Shown here in pieces: positions 9,150-18,808 of a DNA stretch of 64,000 nt. This stretch comes from Candidatus Hydrogenedentota bacterium (GTDB taxonomy: Bacteria > Hydrogenedentota > Hydrogenedentia > Hydrogenedentales > SLHB01), in contig CAXXYE010000009.1 in assembly GCA_963674865.2 (NCBI GenBank), forward strand, positions 576,001 through 640,000, read 5' to 3'. Each line of letters opens with the position of its first letter. The stretch's first letter is position 1. The position numbers and the translations under genes were made by a program. The notes beneath the pieces were generated by a model that was not told where the DNA came from, made no database searches, and worked only from the letters and a program-made list of their open reading frames with translations.

Positions 9150-10625
9150 TCAGTCCCGCCCGGAGGGCTTCACGCCGTGTTTGACGTCCACGATGCGCCC
9201 TTTGAACACGTCAACGACCTTGGCCACGTGGGTGTCTTCCAGGCCGGCTTGGAGGTCTTTCGCGCTGACTTCGCGCCGGAAATGGCCGGCGTCGCCGCGG
9301 CCTTCAGGCGCACTATCTGAGGTCGGCTGCTTCTTGGGAGGGGCGCTACGCTCACTTGCCGTGTTGGGCGCGTGACTCTGCTCCCGGGCGGGGGGCGCCG
9401 GGGCCGGGGCGGGCGCCTGCGGGGCGGCCGAAACACTCCTCGACTCAGCCGCCGCCGGGCGCGTTGGGACGCTGCCCGCGGAGAGCTTCAGGAGCTTCTC
9501 GAGTACGGTATCCACCGATACTTCCGTGCCAACCTTGGACAGGCGGATGAGCAGCGCTTCGAGCGCGATCCGCTGCGAAACCTGTGAATCGAATCCTTTG
9601 GCCATTTCCGCGAACTGCTCGACGAGCCGGATCAGCTCCGTCAGCGTAAATCGCTCCGCCCGCTCGTGTAATGCCTCGATTTGATCATCCGGCAAGGCCA
9701 AGAGATCTCGCGCGTCGGCCGTCTTGGATACCAGCAGATTTCGCAGGTATCTGAGCAGCTCCTGGACGAATTGCGACAGATCCTTGCCGCTGACGATCAC
9801 ATCGTCGACGATTTGGAGCTGTTTGCCCACGTCCTTGTTCACGAGGGCATCGCAGAGATCGTTCAGTACGCGCCAATCCACGAGGCCCAGCACGTCGAAC
9901 ACGTCCTGAAACGTGATCTCCTTGTCGCAGTACGACATGAGCTGATCCAGGATGCTTTCGGCGTCGCGCACGCCCCCATCCGCCGCCCGGGCAATCGCGC
10001 ATAGCGCGTCATCGGCGCACGCCACGCCCTCGGCTTCGAGGATGCGCCGCAGAAGCGCCGCAATACCGTCCAAGCCCACACGGCGGAAATCGTAGCGTTG
10101 GCAGCGCGAGATAATCGTCGCCGGGACGCGGTGGGCCTCCGTGGTGGCGAGAATGAATACCGCGTGGGCGGGCGGCTCCTCAAGCGTTTTCAAGAGGGCG
10201 TTGAAGGCGGCGGCGGAAAGCTGGTGTACCTCGTCGATGACGTAGATTTTGAATCTCGAACGCGAAGGCACCATCCGGATGTGTTCCCGGATCTCGCGCA
10301 CGTCATCCACGCTGTTATTCGACGCGCCGTCGATCTCGATGACGTCGATGTTATTGCCGGCGGCGATGCTCGTGCAGTTCTCGCACGTGCCGCAAGGCTG
10401 CGCCGTGGGCTGTTCCACGGCCAGGCAGTTCAGCGCTTTCGCCAGGATCCGCGCCGTCGTCGTCTTGCCGATGCCCCGCGAGCCGATGAAGAGGAAGGCG
10501 TGGCCTACCCGCCCCGCCGAGATGGCGTTTTGGAGGCCCCGGGTGATGTGCTGCTGGCCCACCACGTCCTCGAAGGTTTGCGGGCGCCATGTCCGCGCAA
10601 GTACTTGGTATGGTTTATCGGCCAT
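9150..10625 (-). CDS. dnaX: DNA polymerase III subunit gamma/tau
   Basis: YQVLARTWRPQTF, GSRGIGKTT, CGTCENC, IDEVH, LLKTLEEPP, SRCQ. Confidence 0.97.
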   Translation of the reverse strand: MADKPYQVLARTWRPQTFEDVVGQQHITRGLQNAISAGRVGHAFLFIGSRGIGKTTTARILAKALNCLAVEQPTAQPCGTCENCTSIAAGNNIDVIEIDGASNNSVDDVREIREHIRMVPSRSRFKIYVIDEVHQLSAAAFNALLKTLEEPPAHAVFILATTEAHRVPATIISRCQRYDFRRVGLDGIAALLRRILEAEGVACADDALCAIARAADGGVRDAESILDQLMSYCDKEITFQDVFDVLGLVDWRVLNDLCDALVNKDVGKQLQIVDDVIVSGKDLSQFVQELLRYLRNLLVSKTADARDLLALPDDQIEALHERAERFTLTELIRLVEQFAEMAKGFDSQVSQRIALEALLIRLSKVGTEVSVDTVLEKLLKLSAGSVPTRPAAAESRSVSAAPQAPAPAPAPPAREQSHAPNTASERSAPPKKQPTSDSAPEGRGDAGHFRREVSAKDLQAGLEDTHVAKVVDVFKGRIVDVKHGVKPSGRD

Positions 10626-10681
10626 GCGCTACCTTCGGTGCGATTCCCGCACGCTCTAAGAAGCCCGTTGGAAGAAAGAAA

Positions 10682-10952
10682 GCCCGCGCACCCACCGTCG
10701 AACGCTTGTCCAGAACGGCCACGGGGTCGTTAGCTCGGGCCAGGCAATCCTACAGCACACGGGAACGACCACCTACGGCTGCTTCCTTCCGGATCTGACC
10801 GGATTCGGCAGCGCCCCGTTGAGTAGGACCCAACCGTCAACACCACGTGCCCCGCACCTGACTAAAGGGCAAAGCGCCCTCGGGTGGGAATTCGACCTCG
10901 CTAAAGCGGATTGCGAGTTCAGGACACCGCTAGTTTCCCGTCTAGCGCGGGC
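10682..10952 (-). ncRNA. ffs: signal recognition particle RNA, large (Alu-containing) bacterial type
   Basis: Minus strand CCGGTCAGATCCGGAAGGAAGCAGCC helix-8 motif; ~270 nt; 5' GCCCGCGC..AGACGGG Alu-like start; upstream of dnaX. Confidence 0.93.
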
Positions 10953-11125
10953 AAAAATCGGCTGATTACGTGTTCCGCAAGCCGCGGAAAACCTATCACA
11001 CGAGCGAGAAGTGAGTCAACACGCCCGGTGGCGGGCATGTCTATGGCGCCACGCTCCAGGCCGTGAAAGATGCGGGCGTCGCGGGCAGAAACGGCCCTCT
11101 AGCGGCTTTGGCGGCCGGCCATCAT

Positions 11126-11154
11126 TTGACAATATCCCCGCCCGTCATTAGTAT
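11126..11154 (+). promoter_or_regulatory. sigma70-type promoter for aspS
   Basis: TTGACA-17 bp-TAGTAT. Confidence 0.7.
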
Positions 11155-11327
11155 ACCGCGATCTATCGCTAGGGGTGCGGCAGGAAAGCCACTGAATATC
11201 GAGGCCGAGAGTTTTGAGTATTGAGATAGAAGGACTTACAGATGCTTTCCGGCCGCATCCCACCGGGAACCGCAGGTTCAGGCCGGACTTCTAGTTTCGC
11301 GCGTTATCACGCCTGGAGAGTATTTTC

Positions 11328-13127
11328 ATGACACATCCGTATAGAACGCATACCTGCGGGCAGCTCCGCAAGACGGACGTAGGCGCCGAGGTCCGGCTGT
11401 CGGGATGGGTGTTCCGCAAGCGGGATCACGGCGGCGTCATCTTCATCGATCTTCGCGATCACTATGGCGTCACCCAGGTGGTCGTTAATCCCGATAGGGA
11501 CTTCTTCGCGCAAGCGGAACAAGTCCGCTACGAGGGCGTGATCACGGTTACAGGCGAGGTGGTTGCCCGCAGCGACGACACGATCAACTCGAACTTGGAC
11601 ACGGGCGAGATCGAGGTCGTCGCGGCGTCGTTTGAGGTCGAGTCGGCGGCGGATCCGCTGCCGTTCCCCATTTATCAGGACGCCGACTATCCGGAGGACG
11701 TGCGCCTGAAGCACCGCTATCTCGACTTGCGCCGCGAGCGCCTGCATGCCAACGTCCTGCTCCGCTCGGCCACAGGCCAGCTTACGCGGAAGCACCTGAC
11801 GGAGCGCGGCTTTGTCGAGTACCACACGCCGATCTTGACAAGCTCTTCGCCGGAGGGCGCTCGGGATTACCTCGTCCCAAGCCGCCTGTATCCCGGCCAG
11901 TTCTACGCGCTACCTCAGGCGCCGCAGCAGTTTAAGCAGTTGTTGATGATCTCTGGCTTCGACAAGTACTTCCAGCTCGCCCCGTGTTTCCGCGATGAAG
12001 ACTCGCGCGCGGATCGAAGCCCGGGCGAGTTCTACCAGATTGATATGGAGATGTCCTTTATCACGCAGGATGATCTCTTCCATGAGGTCGAACTGCTCAT
12101 GGTGCGCCTCTTCAAGGAGCTTTCGGACAGAGAGATCGTCACCGAGGCATTCCCGCACATTGCTTACCGAGACGCTATGGAGAAATACGGCACCGATAAG
12201 CCGGATATCCGGTTCGGCCTCGATATGGTGGATCTGACGGAGGTGTTTGCGAGCAGCGAGTTCAAAGTGTTCGCCAACGCCGCCCGTTCGGGCGGGGCTG
12301 TCAAGGCGATCAATGCCAAGGGGGCCGCGGCGCAGTCGCGGAAGTTCTTCGATGACGCCGAGGCCTTTGCCAAGGAAGAAGGCGCCAAGGGGCTCGCATG
12401 GGTAGCCTTGCGGGATGGCGACATCCGCGGGCCAATCGTGAAGTTTCTGAGCGATGGCGAGAAGACGGCGCTTATCGAGGCCATGGGCGCGGAAGAGGGC
12501 GACGCGTTATTCTTCGGGGCCGGGCCGCGGCCGCAAACCAACGAGTTGATGGGCAAGGTGCGCGCGTATCTGGCGCGAGCGCTCGATTTGATTGACGGCC
12601 GCAAGGTGTCGTTCTGCTGGATCGTCGACTTCCCCATGTTCGAGTGGAACGAGGAAGAGAAGAAAGTCGATTTTTCGCATAACCCATTCTCGATGCCGCA
12701 AGGCGGCCTCGATGCCCTTGAGACGAAGGACCCGCTCGATATTCTGGCGTATCAGTATGATCTTGTGTGCAATGGAATCGAGTTATCCTCGGGAGCGATC
12801 CGGAATCACCGGCCGGAGGTGATGCTTAAGGCGTTTGCGATTGCCGGCTATCCGGAAGACACCGTCAAGATGAAGTTCCCTGCGCTGTGGAACGCCTTCC
12901 ATTACGGGGCGCCGCCTCACGGAGGGATCGCCCCCGGATTCGACCGCATTGTTATGCTGCTGGCCGATGAGCCGAACATCCGCGAGGTCATCGCATTTCC
13001 GCTGAATCAGAAAGCGCAGGATCTTCTGATGAACGCCCCGAGTGAAGTCACGCAGAAACAGCTTGAGGATCTTCACATCCGCATCAAGTATCCCCCGCAG
13101 AAGGAATCGCCCGAGCCCGCCGAATGA
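11328..13127 (+). CDS. aspS: aspartate--tRNA ligase, probably non-discriminating Asp/Asn type
   Basis: YRTHTCG, RDHGGVIFIDLRD, PEGARDYLVPSR, CFRDED, GAPPHGGIAPGFDR. Confidence 0.97.
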   Translation: MTHPYRTHTCGQLRKTDVGAEVRLSGWVFRKRDHGGVIFIDLRDHYGVTQVVVNPDRDFFAQAEQVRYEGVITVTGEVVARSDDTINSNLDTGEIEVVAASFEVESAADPLPFPIYQDADYPEDVRLKHRYLDLRRERLHANVLLRSATGQLTRKHLTERGFVEYHTPILTSSSPEGARDYLVPSRLYPGQFYALPQAPQQFKQLLMISGFDKYFQLAPCFRDEDSRADRSPGEFYQIDMEMSFITQDDLFHEVELLMVRLFKELSDREIVTEAFPHIAYRDAMEKYGTDKPDIRFGLDMVDLTEVFASSEFKVFANAARSGGAVKAINAKGAAAQSRKFFDDAEAFAKEEGAKGLAWVALRDGDIRGPIVKFLSDGEKTALIEAMGAEEGDALFFGAGPRPQTNELMGKVRAYLARALDLIDGRKVSFCWIVDFPMFEWNEEEKKVDFSHNPFSMPQGGLDALETKDPLDILAYQYDLVCNGIELSSGAIRNHRPEVMLKAFAIAGYPEDTVKMKFPALWNAFHYGAPPHGGIAPGFDRIVMLLADEPNIREVIAFPLNQKAQDLLMNAPSEVTQKQLEDLHIRIKYPPQKESPEPAE

Positions 13128-13171
13128 CGTGACGGCGCGACACTATCAGCACCCGGGCCGCCGGGCAGGTC

Positions 13172-13663
13172 TCAGGACTTGCGCCACGCGGGATAGATGC
13201 GGCGGCAGTAGAAGACGGCTACCGCGAGCCCGAAGATGAGCAGCGCGGAGTAGAGTACTTGCCGAGCGCCGTCGGGGTGGTGCAGGTCGCTCTGGGCCGG
13301 ATTCGCCGGATTGTAGAGCACAATGAGCGAAGCGCCTTCGCGAAGTTGCCGCTCGACTTGTCTCGGGGCCATGGCGTTGGGGCTGCCTGCTTCCGGCCAG
13401 AATCCCGCCCATTCGCCCGTAAACATGCCGCCGTCCACTTCGTATTGATACGTCACCCGGACCTTGGCGCCGGACACTTCGGCATTGTAATGGGTTAGCT
13501 GGATGGCGCTCGTGAGGACACGTCCCCCCGCGCGAGGCCAGTATTCAGCGGTGAGGCCATGCCACCATAGGCCCGCCGGGATGGCCGCCAACAACACCGA
13601 CACGAGTACGAGAAACTCCGGAAGCCCGAGTCGGACGTACCTTCTGTGCCGACGCAAACTCAC
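13172..13663 (-). CDS. DUF3592-like membrane protein
   Basis: N- and C-terminal TM segments, WPRAGGRV..S, VTYQYEVDG, VLYNPANPAQSDL. Confidence 0.75.
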   Translation of the reverse strand: MSLRRHRRYVRLGLPEFLVLVSVLLAAIPAGLWWHGLTAEYWPRAGGRVLTSAIQLTHYNAEVSGAKVRVTYQYEVDGGMFTGEWAGFWPEAGSPNAMAPRQVERQLREGASLIVLYNPANPAQSDLHHPDGARQVLYSALLIFGLAVAVFYCRRIYPAWRKS

Positions 13664-13949
13664 CCTGCCCCCCTGTCTGTGCTACAACTCTTGCTGCATT
13701 CTGGCCCCGCGTCAGGCGCCGTGTCAACCACCAGAAGTCCGGCCTCAGAGCGCGGTTCCCGGCGGGGCGCGGCCGAAAGGCAACTATAGGTTCTTCTCTC
13801 TCAACACCCAGGACTCTCCGTCTCCGGCATTCGGCGGTTTTCTGGCCGCATCCCAAAAAACCTTGTCAACACCCTTTACGAATTGGCATGTCTACTTCTA
13901 TAATGGGGCGCTGCTTTCCATCGTGTTATAGGTCGGGAGGGACTGGACA

Positions 13950-15962
13950 ATGGCTAAGCGACAGCAATCCCCCGAACTCGGCGAGGAACTGGTCAAACAG
14001 GATTTGATCACCCGGGAAGAACTGGCCGAGGCAAAAGAACGGGAAAAAGAATCGGGGACTCCCTGGTATCGTCAACTGATCCAAATGAAGAAACTCAACC
14101 TAGGCGTGTTTGAGGATGTGCTCCGCTACGAGTTCCATCCTAAATCGGTGCGAGACGAGCACCAGTCCATGGGCACGGCGCTCGTGGAGATGCACGCCAT
14201 CTCAGAAGACCAGCTCGAGGAGGCGCTCACGGAGCAGAAACACAATGGCCGCCTCCTGGGCAACATATTGCTGGATAAGGGCTTCGTCACTCGCCAAACC
14301 ATTGCGATGGCCCTGAGTAAGCAGTATGGGCTCGAGTACGCGGACCTGAAGCAGACCCCCAGTGCCAAGGAGGCGCTTGAGACAGTGCCCGAGAGCATGG
14401 CGCGGAAGAACCAGATGATTCCGATCCGGCTCGAGGGAGACAAGCTGACGGTGTTGATCGCCACCCCCCAGGCTCGGGACGTCCTGAAAGACGTGGGGAT
14501 ACTGCTTGGACTGCGGATCTATCCCGTCCTAACCACTACGGATGACATCCGTGAAGAGATCACGGCCCGCTATCAAGGGAAAGCCCGTGTCTCGAAGGGG
14601 AAGAAGAAGGCGTCGGAGACGCCACCTGTCGAGCCGAAGGCGGCCGAAACGAAGAAGAAGGCCGCTCCCAAGAAGACGGCAGCGAAGAAAACGGCAGCGA
14701 AGAAGGCGGCAGCGAAGGAGACAAAGGAGGTGGAAACCGTGGCCAGCGAAAACGAAATCGAGGTCGGGGAGGACAGGGCGAGCAAGGCCCGCTTCGAGGA
14801 AATCGCCCAACAGGCGTCAGGCGTACCGGTAGTCAAACTGGTGAGTACTATCATCGAGGGTGCGGCCAATTCGGGAGCCACCGATGTCCACCTGGATCCC
14901 CAGGAACCGGAGATGCGTGTCCGCTACAGGATCGATGGCGTCCTTCACGACGTAATGAGTATCCCCGCTGATATCGAGGCCGCCGTCATCTCCCGCATCA
15001 AGATTATGTCGGATATTGACATCACGGAGACGCGCCATCCGCAGGACGGACACATCGGCATGGACTTCGGCGATAGGGAATTCGATATCCGCGTGGCCAC
15101 CATGCCGACGTATCTCGGCGAGCGCATCGTTTTGCGACTTCTCGATCAAGCCTCCGTTTTGGCCGGCATCAAGGACTTGGGCCTCGAGGCCGATGATGAG
15201 AAAGCCCTCGGCGCCATGATCCAGCAGCCGTATGGCATGATCCTCGTCACCGGCCCAACCGGCAGCGGCAAGACCACCAGCCTCTACGCGGCCCTCAACC
15301 AGAAGAACGTCATCACCGACAGCATCGTCACGCTAGAGGACCCGGTGGAGTACCAACTTTCAGGTATCAACCAAGTACAGATCGAAACAGATATCGGACT
15401 CTCCTTCGCCAGCACCCTCCGGGCCTCACTGCGCCAGGATATCGATGTGCTCCTCGTCGGCGAGATCCGCGACCCGGAAACGGCTCAGATTGCGGTGCGC
15501 GCCGCCATGACGGGCCACTTGGTCTTCAGCACACTGCACACCAACGACGCGCCCGAGGCAATTACCACGCTACGCAACATGGGTGTACCCTCCTACCTCA
15601 TAGCGAGCGCGCTAACGGCCGTCATCGCCCAGCGACTCGTGAGGCAGATATGCCCCGAATGCAAAACGGGATACACGCCACAGAAGCCGCTTCTCAAAGC
15701 CCTCGGGCTGCCCGAGTCTACCCGACGCCTCTATAAGGGCAAGGGGTGCGAAGCCTGCTATCACACCGGCACAAAGGGCCGCACGGGAATCTTCGAACTC
15801 ATCGAAGTGACACCGGACATTCGTAAGATGATCGCCGCGGACGAGCCAATTATCAAGATCGCCAAGGCCGCGAAACTCAAGACCATGGCTGACCGCTGCC
15901 GGATGAAGGTCAAACGCGGTGAAGTGCCGGCGGAGGAATTCCTGAGAGTTATCCGGACCTGA
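13950..15962 (+). CDS. GspE/PilB-family secretion ATPase with N-terminal MshEN-like repeats
   Basis: RLLGNILLDKGFV, RYRIDGVL, PQDG, Walker A GPTGSGKTT, LEDPVEY, RQDIDVLLVGEIRD, TGHLVFSTLHTN, tetracysteine motif. Confidence 0.95.
   Translation: MAKRQQSPELGEELVKQDLITREELAEAKEREKESGTPWYRQLIQMKKLNLGVFEDVLRYEFHPKSVRDEHQSMGTALVEMHAISEDQLEEALTEQKHNGRLLGNILLDKGFVTRQTIAMALSKQYGLEYADLKQTPSAKEALETVPESMARKNQMIPIRLEGDKLTVLIATPQARDVLKDVGILLGLRIYPVLTTTDDIREEITARYQGKARVSKGKKKASETPPVEPKAAETKKKAAPKKTAAKKTAAKKAAAKETKEVETVASENEIEVGEDRASKARFEEIAQQASGVPVVKLVSTIIEGAANSGATDVHLDPQEPEMRVRYRIDGVLHDVMSIPADIEAAVISRIKIMSDIDITETRHPQDGHIGMDFGDREFDIRVATMPTYLGERIVLRLLDQASVLAGIKDLGLEADDEKALGAMIQQPYGMILVTGPTGSGKTTSLYAALNQKNVITDSIVTLEDPVEYQLSGINQVQIETDIGLSFASTLRASLRQDIDVLLVGEIRDPETAQIAVRAAMTGHLVFSTLHTNDAPEAITTLRNMGVPSYLIASALTAVIAQRLVRQICPECKTGYTPQKPLLKALGLPESTRRLYKGKGCEACYHTGTKGRTGIFELIEVTPDIRKMIAADEPIIKIAKAAKLKTMADRCRMKVKRGEVPAEEFLRVIRT
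14670..14714 (+). repeat. 3 x 15-bp coding tandem repeat (KKTAA/KKAAA)
   Basis: AAGAAGACGGCAGCG AAGAAAACGGCAGCG AAGAAGGCGGCAGCG. Confidence 0.9.
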
Positions 15963-15997
15963 TCGCCGACCTCGCAATCCGGAACAAGAACGAACAA

Positions 15998-16043
15998 ACG
16001 ACGGCGGTTGAGCGCCTGCAAAGCCGTGCTCAACCGCCGTTGT
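15998..16043. terminator. 18-bp stem between convergent genes
   Basis: ACGACGGCGGTTGAGCGC / GTGCTCAACCGCCGTTGT, T-rich tail on the minus strand. Confidence 0.75.
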
Positions 16044-16168
16044 GGTCATACGGTTCAAGCGAGCGTCCGCCCGCCGGCAGGCTTGGGACGCGAGCGTGGC
16101 GGTGTGCGCGCGGCTGGGTACTCTCTAGCGTCACGTTGTGGCTCGACTCTCTCCGGAATACCCTCAGT

Positions 16169-17837
16169 TCAGGGGGCATTTGCCTTTGAGGAGGTGGATG
16201 GATGGGAGTCGGCCAAGGATGCAGCCTCGGAGACTGCGCCAGGCGTGGCGTAGATGACTCCCGACATCGCGAGCACATCAACGGGCCCGAAGCCGGGGGT
16301 CGTCACCGCTCCAATAACCTGTGCCCGGTACGCGGCATAGTCCAGAGGCGTTTCCTTGAAGTAGTGCGTCTGCCGCGCCCTATCAATGGAGACCACGGCG
16401 ATAGAGCGGCCATCACGGAGAAGCTCAAGCTTCATTCCCTCGCCGCCTTTGACACTTGCGGCAAATGTGGTTTCCGTACCTGTGGGAATGGTGTCCCCCG
16501 CCATGGCGTTCCGCCTCCCCGGCACGGACGCACCAAAGGCAATGAAGGGGCCGTCGACGCTCGCAGATAGGGCCGTTCTGCCGCGTCGTATGCCATCGAT
16601 GATCGCCGGTAGTGACTTATTCGCGGCATACACATACGTGACGGGAGAAGCTAACGGTACCTCGGCAGCGGAGGACATGGTGCCCGCGATCGGCGCCGCG
16701 TGGAGCCCCAAGGCCAATTCGGAGTCCCAGAACGAGGCCGCCTGTCCATTGGCGGAAAGACCGGGCATGGCAGCGGCACGGGCGATGGTTTCGGTGAAGC
16801 GCCCTTCGTTGTCACGCCGCCGCAAGATATCCCCTAGCTGGCTGGCGTTAACCCGGCGGGACGCCGCGCCAGTCACGGCACCAGACTTGGACGGCATCCA
16901 CATAGGTGAGGCCCCATTGCCACGGAGCCGTTGGAAAACACGGATGGGCAATGGCCACCACCCCGCCTTGAGCCTGAAGCCGCATAGCCATTCCCTTGGC
17001 CTCGTTGCGGGTCCGCGGCGGCTCTGGATAGGTGCCCGGTGCATAGAGCAAGGCCACGCCAAGAATGTCGTTTCCCCACTCCATCGCGGGAATGAGTACA
17101 AGGGAATCTGAATGGAACTCAGGTCCCAGGGACGCCGCCATGGTGTTGCGGTCGGCGATCGCAAGGAAATCCAATCCCGCTTTCTCCGCACGGGCGATCA
17201 ACGCCGAAACGCTCTCCTTGCCGACACCGTAAGAAGAATGAGCGTGTAACTCGCCCCGATACCATTTCGCCCCCTCAGCGAGGACCCGTGTCGCGCGAGG
17301 AATTCGCTGCTGTCCGGGAACGCTGCACGCGTCCGCCGGGTCTGTGCCCGCAGCCAGTTCCACCCGGTCCAAGAAGAGGTCCCCATCCTGGTCGAAGGCA
17401 CGCAACGGCCGCTTCCCCCCCACACCTTCCAGTACCTCAACGCGTAGGGAAGCGGGCGCCGCGCTGCCAATTACAACGTCCATGATCTCAACGGCAACCG
17501 GCACATCCTCATCGTAGACATATACGAACGCCGTATACTGCCCCATAGGTTGCGAGGAGCGGAGCCTACCGCTCGGCACACGCAAAACGATGGGTGAGGG
17601 CAGATCTTCGCTCCGAAGTTCAACCTTGGCAGAGAGCCGCTGCGCCAGGACATCGACGACCTCTACCTCGATGGCGCCCAGAGCGACCGGCGCACCGGGC
17701 CGGGCCTCTCTTGCGCGCGTTCGGCCCGCCTCCTGGGCATGGGAGGGCTCTACCCTCAAGCCAGGGAACAGCCCCAGGACGATGAGCAAGACTTGGACGA
17801 TGAGAGTAGGCACGGACACACGGGCCGGAGACATCAT
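16169..17837 (-). pseudogene. secreted PHP-domain (CehA/McbA-like) metallohydrolase split by a 1-nt frameshift near 16852
   Basis: Signal peptide, WYRGELHAHS, AGLDFLAIADRNT, IAHP in the 5' frame; IIDGIRRGRT..GP and an Ig-like tail in the 3' frame; removing one G from CCGCCGGGTTAAC gives PPVNASQ. Confidence 0.8.
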
Positions 17838-18049
17838 ACTTCTTCTCCGTGAAATGGGACCAAGCTGAAAAAGACTTGATAAACATGATACACGAAGTGT
17901 AGACTTAAGCAAAGCAGTACAGGAGCTAAGGGTAGCGCCAAAGGGGTGCATGCCACAGGATACGGACATAAGATACGTGTATGGACGTTTGCTCTCGGTG
18001 GGGGAGTTAACGGTGTTAATGGTTAGGAGCAGCAAGAGGAGAGTGAGGC

Positions 18050-18490
18050 ATGATTTCAAGTATTGATATCACCAGTAGCGTAGCTGTATACGTTCAAATC
18101 GAGAACCATGTGCAGTTCGCGATCGCAGCCGGCAAGCTCAAGGCAGGGGACCAGCTTCCCTCCGTGCGCGAATTGTCGGAGCGGCTTGACGTAAACCCCA
18201 ACACCGTGGCCAAAGCCTATCGTGATCTCGAAGTGATGGGCCTTCTTTACACGCGTCGCGGCATGGGAGTCTTCGTCAACAAGGGGATCGAGGCCAAGTG
18301 CCGAGAAGCCTGCCGCCGGCGCATCATTGAGCGCCTCCACGAAGTGGTCGCCGAGGCGCGCGCAGCGGGCATGACATCGGCGGAAGTCACGCAGATCGCC
18401 GAGAAGAGCTTCGCGACGGATTCGAGCCCCTACAGTGCGACTCCGACGTCTCTGACGGCCTTGGCTCGCTCGAAAAAGCGCGCTAAGTAG
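18050..18490 (+). CDS. GntR-family (YtrA-like) transcriptional regulator
   Basis: VYVQI..GDQLPSVRELSERLDVNPNTVAKAYRDLE..RGMGVFV. Confidence 0.95.
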   Translation: MISSIDITSSVAVYVQIENHVQFAIAAGKLKAGDQLPSVRELSERLDVNPNTVAKAYRDLEVMGLLYTRRGMGVFVNKGIEAKCREACRRRIIERLHEVVAEARAAGMTSAEVTQIAEKSFATDSSPYSATPTSLTALARSKKRAK

Positions 18491-18510
18491 CCGAAGCGTA
18501 CACTAGCATC

Positions 18511-18553
18511 GAGCCGGCCGCGGGGAAGCCAAACCTGCGGCCGGTTTCCATTT
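18511..18553 (+). terminator. intrinsic terminator after the GntR gene
   Basis: CCGGCCGCGGG / CCTGCGGCCGG stem followed by TTTCCATTT. Confidence 0.7.
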
Positions 18554-18664
18554 CCGACACACTTCTTCATACACTACGGCGTCATTTCGTCAAGAGTTTC
18601 GTGCCGGCGATCAGACTCTCTGAGGCATTGAGAGAGCATGCATTGCGGCGGACGAGGAAAACTG

Positions 18665-18693
18665 TTGACATTATCATCTAATTAACGTATACT
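18665..18693 (+). promoter_or_regulatory. strong sigma70-type promoter
   Basis: TTGACA-17 bp-TATACT. Confidence 0.8.
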
Positions 18694-18808
18694 CAGGCGT
18701 GTGAGACTGCGGTCTTCAGGAGGCAGTGCTGCGGAACAAGGCGCATTTACGCAGAAAAACCGTTGACAACTTTGCGATAAGTTAATCGCGAGTAAGTAGG
18801 GTTTTTGC

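Noticed and set aside
8248..9150. Integron cassette or attC sites around the orphan gene
   Set aside because: GTCTAAC and GTTAGTT occur but not as a paired RYYYAAC..GTTRRRY palindrome after a gene; no integrase is present.
11171..11300. TPP riboswitch or T-box in the aspS leader
   Set aside because: Starts AGGGGTGC but lacks the CTGAGA and CTGAT..GCGTAGGGA cores; no GGTGGNACCGCG T-box.
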